Shown here in pieces: positions 54,931 to 64,000 of a stretch of DNA of 64,000 nucleotides (position 1 is its first letter; each line of letters starts with the position of its first letter). Both the position numbers and the translations under genes were made by a program. Origin of the DNA: Chrysomallon squamiferum (Eukaryota > Animalia > Mollusca). Below the pieces are notes generated by a model. The model saw nothing but the letters and a program-made list of their open reading frames with translations. It searched no databases and was not told the origin of the DNA. The DNA lies in the NCBI GenBank assembly GCA_012295275.1, contig CM022665.1, positions 42,346,001 through 42,410,000 on the forward strand, given 5' to 3'.

Positions 54931-56739
54931 TATATATATATGTACACACAGCACAATTCTTTTATGTTTAACAGACTGTTGCTTTATTTCACAAAATTCT
55001 TTTACTTATGTTATAAATTATATACTCATATACACACAAACCCACACACACACACATATACACATAAACATACATACAAACACTCAGACAGATATGAGAG
55101 AGGGAAAGAGAAAGATGTGTACACACACAAACACATACATACAAATACACAGACACAGACACATACATACCAGTATATTAGAACAGGAAGGATACAGAGC
55201 AAAAGAGATAGAGAGGTACTGACAAAAGATATATATATACTCATAAATTAAAACAGCTCTTTGAAGTTTATCACTGGAATGATGCAACAGAAGAAAAAAC
55301 TGAGTTTTTTTAGCAGACAACTGTTACCTGTGAATGACATGGTGAAGCTGTTCTTTGTATCACTCTTTCATTTTTTATGTTTTTTTAAAGATGTCTATAG
55401 ATTCTAAACTATTTAAAAAATTTGTGTAACTTTAGCTATGTGTGTGTTTCTGAGTACAGTCCTCTCCCTGTGTATGTGTGTATGTATTTGTGTACACACA
55501 CATAAACATGTATATCAGTGTGTATGTGTAGGTATCTGTGTTTCTGTGTATTTGTATTCTGAAGTTTTACTTTGTGTATGTGTTCTTTCTTTCTGTGGAA
55601 AAAAAAAAAAGAAAGAAAGTAAGAACTAATTAAAAAAAAATGTATTGATAATAAAATTCAAGATTAATGTTATTTCAGGTAATAAAACTCAGCAGTCAGT
55701 TAAATTATGGGTTTGTGCACACATAGGTGCATGCTAATAAACACACACACTCACACACGCAGAGACGTACAGACACAAATTATGAAAAAGATTTTTTTTT
55801 TTTTTAAAGAAAACTGGTTTGTTTCTTCTCATGGGATAATTTCACGTTAAGTGGGCAAACAAGAAATTAATTCATTTTGTGTTTGTTAAACCCAATAAGC
55901 ATTGAGTGTTTGGAAATCAAGACTTCATCAGTTTAACAGTTGTGCAATAACCTGAAGGGAAATTGGTGAATTTAATTTGTGTCCTATGTCAGTTCCGTTT
56001 TGCTCAAATGATAAATTAATGCCGTGCATTAAGACTGGTTGTGAAATAACTAGTGAATAGGTGATTAAAACGTTTCGGTACAGCTGCACTAATTTAAGAT
56101 GTAAATGAGAGCATCTGAATAATTCTGTTGTCAAAGTTTTGATGATTATCGCAGAAGGAGGAGCTGTCGTTAATTATTAATATTTCTCATTTAAACTGGT
56201 TTTGTGAAAAAGTTAGTAACTATTAATGTGCAAGCACTTGATACACGTCACAAGTTTTTGTTGTTACTTTTTTTCTCTCTTTTTACATTTTCCTTACTAT
56301 TATTATATTTTTTTTTCTTATCTCGTGACTCTTTTTAATTTCTTTTTAAAATTAATTTCATTTATGTATTTATTAATTTATTTTCTTGTTATCATCAGTA
56401 CAACAAAGAATTTTACCTTTTCCTTATTGATTATTCAGAGCGACCAAATATGAAGAATATGTTTTCAGACTTTCGTTCGATATTTATTTCTGACCTAATT
56501 TCTTTTCCTTGTGTCCACTCTACTCTTGACCAGTTATAACAAAGGGGTCAGCTGAGGTCAGATACCTGTTCTATACTTAAGGAAGCTCCATGCTTGTAAC
56601 TATGGCAGCAGTGAAACCAGAGAACGAGGCGTTAAGCGGTAAAAAACACTTACAGCTTCCAAACAGATGGTCAAAGGTTTTTTATTTCTCAACTGGACTC
56701 TGCACTGTTACAGCTGCAGTTCTAATTGATGGTCTTGAA

Positions 56740-57190
56740 TGGTTTTGGCAATCAAATAATGTGACAGATTGTTCTTGGTTAATGGTTTGAGCAATCAAGT
56801 GAAAAGAGTATTTTTTTTTTAAAGGTACAGATTGTTTTTGGTTAATGGTTTTGGCAGTGAAGTGAAAAAAAACCATTTTTTTAAATACAGATTGTTTATT
56901 GTCAATAGTTTTGATGATCAAATAATATGAATATTGTTTTAAAAGAATAGATTATTTATTGTTAATAGTTTGGTAATCAAACAATGTGAATATTTTTTTG
57001 AAGGTATAGGTTGTTTCAGGTTAATGATTTTGGCAACCATACATGATTAACTGTTGAAGAAATGGGTTTCAGGTTTAGGTTAATGGTTTTGGCAATATGT
57101 ATATTCCTTATGATACAGATTGTTTGAATGGCTTATTTTAAGGATGGTTTTGGCAGTCATTTATGATAATTTGTTTAAAAAATGGGTTTC
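56740..57190. repeat. Degenerate ~60-bp tandem repeat
   Basis: Recurrent acagattgtt...ggttaatggttttggcaatcaa. Confidence 0.7.
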
Positions 57191-58654
57191 TGAATGTCTT
57201 CTTTTGACATTAATGGCATTTTTATATTCTAACTTATCCTTAAAGATATACTAGTAGACTGTCTGAATGTTTTAAAATTAATTATTTTTGCAATCAAACA
57301 GATTTTGGCACTAAAATAATCCAGGTACTGTTTAAAGGTGCAGGTTTATTTCTTCTGTTTCTAATTCAAACATAAAAGAAATGTTTTAATGTTAACAATA
57401 TTGCACATGTATTTTGTTTTAAACTTCATTGCTCTTAACACTTATTGGCTTTATTGTCTAATATCATTATTTTTAAGTTATTTAAAGTTTTGTAGTCTGT
57501 CTTACATGGTACTGTTTTGAATATCTGACTGTTAATGAGAGAGAGAGAATTCTTTCCTTCAAGCCATTCCTGATTTCATGGGTTTCATATAGCTAAGTCA
57601 GAATTATGTACTGAATTTGTTACATAACATTCTTGTTTAAGAAATTTTTGTGGACATTTCACACAACTTGTTGAGTATTAAGAAGTTCCAGTTCGTGTTT
57701 CTAAGGATTGATTATTTATCCTATATTTTATTATTATGATTATTATTATTATTCTTTTTTTTCTTTCATTATTTATTTTATTAAATTTGTTTTTCTGACT
57801 TTTTTTCTTAAATGACATGTCACCTGCAGGGACTTTTATTTATTATTAAATACACGAGCAAGCTAACTCCTTTGTTTGATTAAAAATATGCAAATTTTGG
57901 TCTGTAATAAAAAAAAAAAATTAACAGAAATCTATCAGTTTGAACTTCACAAAATTTTGTATTTTAGTTTAACCTGTTTACAATAATTAGAATTTCCATA
58001 TGCAATAAAATATAAATTAATTTGAATAAACTTTAAATTATTTTTTTATTATTTTTAATATTACAGTGCATTCTATTTAAACATCCTTACATTATAAAAT
58101 AATATTAGACTGGACTTAATTTATTTTTATTTTATTTTATCTTCAGTCAACACATGTAAATTATTATAACTGTTTTAATATTATTATTATTTTTGAAGAA
58201 TATGTTTTACTATAGTGGACATATTTAATTTTATTTTCTCCCAGGTGGAAAATGTGTAAATTACTCAATATACACTATATCGGAATTGATTTAAATATTC
58301 TTTTAAATAAATTCTCTAGCTAAACTGAAGTTGTGATGGTCAATAAAATAAATTACAATGCATTTTATTTACATTTTTGTTTTAAATTAATTTTTTTAAC
58401 TTTTTATTTTAATTTTTTTTTTTTATTATTATTATTTTTTTTGAATTATACAGGACTTAAAAAAGAATTATAGAGGACTTAATTTTAATCTGATTTATTA
58501 ATTTAAATGTGTGTGTGTGTTTTACATATATAAACTACACACTGGAATGGACATGAAACAAATTACAGTACATTTTATTTAAATTATAAGTTACAATGAA
58601 ATCACTATAAATTTTACATTATTATAGATGTATTTCTGTTTAAGACTAAACTTA

Positions 58655-58896
58655 CAGTGAACTTAATGTAAACTTTTCTTTGTGTTTTCACTGGACTTAA
58701 TGTAAACTTTTCTTTGTGTTTTCAGTGGACTAAATGTAAACTTTATTTGTGTTTTCACTGGACTAAATGTAAACTTTGTTTGTGTTTTCACTGGACTAAA
58801 TGTAAACTTTTCTCTGTGTTTTCACTGGACTAAATGTAAACTTTTCTTTGTGTTTTCACTGGACTAAATGTAAACTTTGTTTGTGTTTTCAGTGGA
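58655..58896 (+). repeat. 33/34-bp tandem array of 7 units whose eighth start is the exon-2 splice acceptor
   Basis: Units begin CA(C/G)TGGACTAAATGTAAACTTT...TGTGTTTT at 58655, 58689, 58723, 58756, 58789, 58823 and 58857. The next start (58890 CAGTGGA) runs into the exon. Confidence 0.95.
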
Positions 58897-59300
58897 GCAG
58901 GAGAATGATCTGTTGGTTTGTGGTGAGTGCCAGGCCAACTTTGCGTTACAGGACATTGTCAAGTTCATTCGGCACAAGGTTCACCGGTGTAACAAAGAGA
59001 ACTGTGACATCACTGACAGCGTTGACTTCAGCGAGGACGACATCAACCCCGATGAGACGACATCGCTGTCGTGCATCGGCTCCAAGCAGCCGAGCATCTC
59101 CGCGCCGATCACGCGCAAGGAGTCTCTGGAGACGCGGCCCTCCCCCAGGCCGTCCAGCGACTCCCAGACCGAGCCTGAGATGGAGGAGCCGTTGTCACAG
59201 CAACCGGAGGAGAAGCCACCCGACAAGGAGGAGTTGAAAGAGAGGCTCCCCTTGCAGCAGAAACAGGTGGTGGATGCAGAGTCAAACACAACACTCTCAG
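58893..59300 (+). CDS. BCL11: BCL11-family transcription factor, coding exon 2 (C2HC ZnF0 finger plus acidic/Pro/Ser-rich linker)
   Basis: Acceptor ttgtgttttcag|TG and donor TCAG|GTAAAC (59301); 408 nt, phase 1-1. Translates (L)EQENDLLVCGECQANFALQDIVKFIRHKVHRCNKENC...VDAESNTTLS. The C-x2-C-x14-H-x4-C finger matches BCL11A [28 protein letters not shown]. GC and CpG content are sharply higher than in the flanks. Frame equals ORF 58877..59320. Confidence 0.95.
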
Positions 59301-59367
59301 GTAAACACACAGCTTTCTAGTCGAAACATTTCACTTGTTTTCTACAGCTGTTCCCCTTTCAGCATTT

Positions 59368-59545
59368 TGTTTCCCATTCCAACCACAGAGTCCCATGATT
59401 CCTTTGTCAGAAGTTGTAGTGATTAGTTATTTCCTGTCTGCAGGATGGTGTGTGTAAAAGATATCTTGCTGTTGGTTGAAAAAGAATAACCAGAGCCTTA
59501 ATGACTGCAGATTTCATATTTTCATTCTGTCTTTTTTTGCCATAA
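59368..59545 (+). mobile_element. Degenerate Nin-domain (DeuSINE-related) SINE fragment
   Basis: tcctgtctgcaggatggtgtgtgtaaaagatatcttgctg resembles the Nin core TCCTGTCTGTGGGATGGTGCATATAAAAGATCCCTTGCTGCT seen in gastropod SINEs (consensus recalled from memory). The upstream tttcccattccaacca also fits. Confidence 0.6.
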
Positions 59546-60089
59546 CAGTATTATTATTATTTATTTAATTATTATTATTATTATTATTATTATTGTTATT
59601 ATTATTACTACTACTACTACTATTATTATTTATTATTATTATTTTTATTTTTATTTTTATTATTATTATTATTATTACTGTTACCAGCATCATCATTGTC
59701 ATTAAAATATATCTGTCTGCACCTTCCTTCTAAATTTCTTTTCATGTTAGTAATAAATATGGAAGCTTCTGTGATAATAATTTAGAATAGAACTTGAAAA
59801 TATTCAAAATTTAAAATCTTCTGATATTAATATTATTGAGATGTTTGAAGATTTAAACTTTGTTAAGATTCTGTTAATGCTTGAAAATATTTTAAATCTT
59901 TAAAATTTTCTGATATTAGTGTTATTGAGAAGTTTGAAGGTTTTTTCTGATAAAATTAATGTTAGTTAAGATTCTGGTTAGTATTTTAAAGATTGTAATT
60001 ATTCTGGAAATCACTGCAGTATAGTATTATAACACATTTTATTTTAATTTTAATTTTTTTAATTTAATTTTATTTCTATTTAGTTTATT

Positions 60090-60120
<31 letters not shown>

Positions 60121-60877
60121 TTTTGTTTGTTGTTTAATTTTTAAAGTTATTATTTTACTGTTCTTGTCAGATTTTTATTTTTATTTTCATTTCATTATAA
60201 TTAATCTTTTTTACTATTATCAATTTTTTTTATCAATTAAATTTTTAAACGTTTTTTTTTATTTTTTTATTATTATTATTATTTTTTTTTTTATACCTGC
60301 TTTGTTCCTTAACAACAAAAATTTCAGAAGATAAAAAATGAAGAATTAATTGATTATTTCACAGAGATTAATGTATTAGCTAAGCAAAACTCAGTTTCTA
60401 CCTGGAGAGTTTTTTTAATTTTTATTTTTATTATTATTATTATTAGTCAGGCTTGTGAATTGTCAGTTATTATTTGTACGTGGTGGACAAGTTTGGTAAA
60501 AATATTTAATTAGTTTTTTTTAAAGTCAAACACTTTTATTAGTATTTTTGATGATGCTTCTTTCTTTGAGAGTGTGTGTGTGTGTTTGTGTGTGTTTGTG
60601 TGTGTGTGTGTGTGTGTGTTTGTGTTTGTGTATGTGTCTACTGACATCTACTGCAGTCTCTACAGAATTTATGTAAAACTTCTATGTGAAAAATATCACT
60701 TCCTAAGTTATTATTATTACTTTTTTTTTTTTTTTTTAATGTTATTTTTGAAGACTGATTTAAACAAAAACAACATTATTTTAAATATTAATTTATATTA
60801 TATATATTTTTTCATCATTACCATCATCATTATTTGAGGAAACAGATTTTACTAAAAAGAATTTTAAAATGTCTTAC

Positions 60878-60919
<42 letters not shown>

Positions 60920-61339
60920 TATTATTATTCTTCCACACAGCTTCACAAATATTCTGAATATTACATTACAAATATAAATGAGAGAAAATTGGAGATATTT
61001 TCTCTAATCCTCTCTTCCTATTCTTGGCCTGTCTGTTAAACTGGATTTGACACAATATCAGATATGATTGCTTCAGGTTTTTTTTAAATTGATGGTCAAC
61101 ACATGGTTTGGATTTTCTAAGAGGAGTATGTCAAAATCTCAGATTTCTAACACAATTTTTAGCATTCCAGAACCCCATACTTCCACATACACAGTGTAAC
61201 ATAATGTAGTGTAACATAATGTAATATCTCAGTGTTGTGTAACATAACATAACATCAAGTATCATAGTAGAAATTAAGTTAATCTAGTGTGAGGTAATGT
61301 AAGGCAGCATAATATAATATGTCATGTATATGTGTGTAT

Positions 61340-61375
<36 letters not shown>

Positions 61376-61454
61376 TGTCTGTCTGTCCCTGCCATACCTA
61401 TATTGTTAGTGCATTACACAACATTTAACCAAAACAAAACATAATACAAAATTA

Positions 61455-61499
<45 letters not shown>

Positions 61500-62465
61500 C
61501 AACAAAATAATAATAAAGATAATAGTGAAATTATGTAACTGAAAAAACTGGGTGTTTATTTTATTTTTTTTTTTTTTAAATTTTTATCAATAAATAAATA
61601 AATGAAATGAAATAAACTGAAATTAAATTTAATTAAACTGAATTAAAATAAATAAAATAAAATGAAATAATAATAAGTAAACAAATAAAAATAAACTAAG
61701 AAATAAGAAATAAAGAAATAAAAATAAAAGAAGTAAAATAAATAAAAGAGAAATCTTGTCTCTGCCTGCTGCAGTAATTGGACAGTGGCTTTGTGCCCAG
61801 CAGATGCTAATCCTTGTAATGCAACATGGAAGAGCAGATTGTGGATGGCTTGGCAACCTGGCTGAGTGAGCCAAACACCAGTAAGCCACTGCTCCTTCTG
61901 TAAGTGACTTGCACTGGCAGGGGGGGTCGCATGTGGCTTACTGTGTTTAAATGTGAGAGGAGAGAAGAAAAGGGGGGGGGAGGAAGAAAAAAGAGCTAAA
62001 AGTCCATCTTCATTGAGTAATCTCGTCTCTTGTGTGTCATCTACTTTGATGTTCTCCATTCATCTCAGTCTTGTCATGTTAGTTTTACATAGCTGCTAGG
62101 CACAGTCAGGTTTGTCTGTGTGTGTGAATTCATATTTGTATGTGTGTTTTTATCTAGAGGAGTATGAATGTATGTTTGTATGTGTATATACTTTTTATGT
62201 ACATCTGTAGGTTTGTGTGTGTGTTTGTTGTGTATTTATCCATGTTTCTGTATGTGTGTGTGTTTAGAGCACAGAAGTATGAGTGTACATGTACCTGTAG
62301 ATTTCTTTTGTATGTGTGTGTGTTCTTTCTATAGGTATACATGAGGAATATTGTGTCTTAAACTTACGTACAACTTTGTTACATACAGAATACTGAAAAT
62401 GTGTATTTAAAAGAAATATCTGAATGTGTGACATCAGTAAAAGACACAAAAAGAAATGTTGCTAG

Positions 62466-62500
62466 AGCAGCAAGGGATCTTTTAGACTGACTTTCAGCAG
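62466..62500 (-). mobile_element. Short Nin-domain SINE core remnant
   Basis: The reverse complement reads TAAAAGATCCCTTGCTGCT, matching the recalled Nin core exactly over 19 nt. Confidence 0.5.
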
Positions 62501-63639
62501 CCCGTGTGTTGGTGGGTGACAGAGAGAACTGAGCCCAGTGAGTGCACAGAGGTCATCCAGTCTGGTGACTCTTCTCAGACAGCTCTTTGATCACTAACAC
62601 AGATTCTAATCTAAAATAAACTTGTCACATTATCACTCTAATGCTACAGGGTTTCCCTTCACCTCGTTTGATCATCACTTTTATTGTTTTAATCCTACAG
62701 GTGAGAGAGAGAGAAAGAAAGAAAATAGTTGAAGGTAAAAATATACCTGCTAGTAATGTTCACAGTTTGATCCAGTTACTTCAGAGATTAGTCATCACTG
62801 TCCAGGTTAAAAGTGTTTTAGAAGTTAGTTTAATAATTTTTCTGTTTTTATTATTTTTTTTATTTTTTTTTTTATTATTATTATTACCAGAGAATGGGAG
62901 TTTTTATAAACTCACTGATGAAGACAAGAAACACATACCAATGATTTTTGATAAACTGGTCAAGGACTACTGAATGAATAACTATTTTACACCAAAGTTC
63001 TATACCCAAAGTACTTTGATCATTTTTGTTACCAAAAAACTTGGTTAATTCTACCCTGTTTCAAGAGAAAACAATTTAATGTCAAAAGGTTCTGTGATCA
63101 TTTTGTTTTAGAAAGACCATGGTTTGTGCTGTCTTGGTCCTTGAGTAAAATCTTTAGTCCAAAGTTCCGTGATCATTTTTGTTCCTGAAAAACCTTGGTT
63201 AGTGTTACCCTGGTCCATGAGAAAATCCTGTAACAGTGAACCAGTTAAGTCTTGTGTTATTTTGGTTGGCAGCTGTCTGATTACTGTGTATTGCATAACA
63301 AGCTGAAAAAAAAAACCTTGCGCTTGAACCCACCATAAGCTGGAAACTAAGCAGGCCAGTTATCAGTATAATTAGCTAACAGAGCTTCTGGATGATTCTT
63401 TTATCTTTCGTGTCCATTTATCCTGACCAGAATGTTTGCCAAGTCTGAAGACTTTTCTCTGTTTATTCACTTGCACTGGTTTGATTGACTGGCCAACCGT
63501 TACAGCGAGATCCTGGCAGCAAGCCACAGAATTCCTAGCAGCAGCAGCAGAAAGCTGATCTTAACTTCTGCACCGACAGTCAGGCTATCAGTCTAGGAGG
63601 AAAATAAATGTGTTTTGTGTTGAAGGAATGATCCATCTT

Positions 63640-63679
<40 letters not shown>

Positions 63680-64000
63680 TGTGTCTGAGTGTATCTGTGC
63701 CTATGTGTGTGTGTCTTTGTGTGTGTCTATCTGATTGTGTGTGTGTCTGTGTGTGTGTATCAGTGAGTGTGTATGTGTGAGTAGGGAAAAGGATTTGTAG
63801 TTCAGAGGTAGTGTCTAAGATTACTGCTCATTCCAGCCAGTTTTCTGTGACTGGTTCATTAAAGTTGATGGTATGTGGTGTCACGCCTCAAAAAGATTAT
63901 AATAATAATTTAAATGCAGTTAAGGAAAATCATTGTTTGGTTTTTAATGTTACAAGTTTGACACCTTTGTTTAAAAACTGTCAATGGATAATCTTGAATG

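Larger units (their letters stand above)
59301..64000 (+). other. BCL11 intron 2 (runs off the window; C2H2-finger exons not present here)
   Basis: CAG|GTAAAC donor. The reading frame stops at 59318-59320 if unspliced. No C2H2-coding sequence was seen downstream. Confidence 0.8.

Noticed and set aside
58981-59310. 109-aa antisense ORF over exon 2
   Set aside because: Typical antisense shadow of a GC3-rich exon, with a non-ATG start and no recognisable motif.
59391-59402. The 12-mer TCCCATGATTCC is identical to the promoter motif at 7417-7428
   Set aside because: It falls inside the degenerate SINE fragment and lacks the neighbouring YY1 block. Probably chance.

Overview
Eukaryotic, very AT-rich, microsatellite-dense animal DNA, probably a gastropod mollusc (inferred only from degenerate Nin-domain SINE fragments). 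The window holds the 5' part of one large + strand gene, a BCL11 (BCL11A/B, CTIP; Drosophila Cph/CG9650) zinc-finger transcription factor orthologue. Coding exon 1 (7512-7563) encodes the NuRD-recruiting motif MSRRKQGRPQ. A ~51.3-kb phase-1 intron follows, then coding exon 2 (58893-59300) with the diagnostic C2HC 'ZnF0' finger. Later exons lie beyond the window. Almost all other ORFs in the track are microsatellite or minisatellite artefacts. The most interesting signals are regulatory: (i) a 5'-leader block that appears collinear with the human BCL11A leader (compared from memory); (ii) several dense clusters of TGACCA, the BCL11 DNA-binding motif, in the gene's own promoter and intron, suggesting autoregulation; (iii) an out-of-frame uATG opening a 137-aa overlapping ORF across the 51-kb intron; (iv) an exon-2 splice acceptor that is the last unit of a tandem array of acceptor copies; (v) a CCAAT/GC/TATA promoter-like island inside intron 1.
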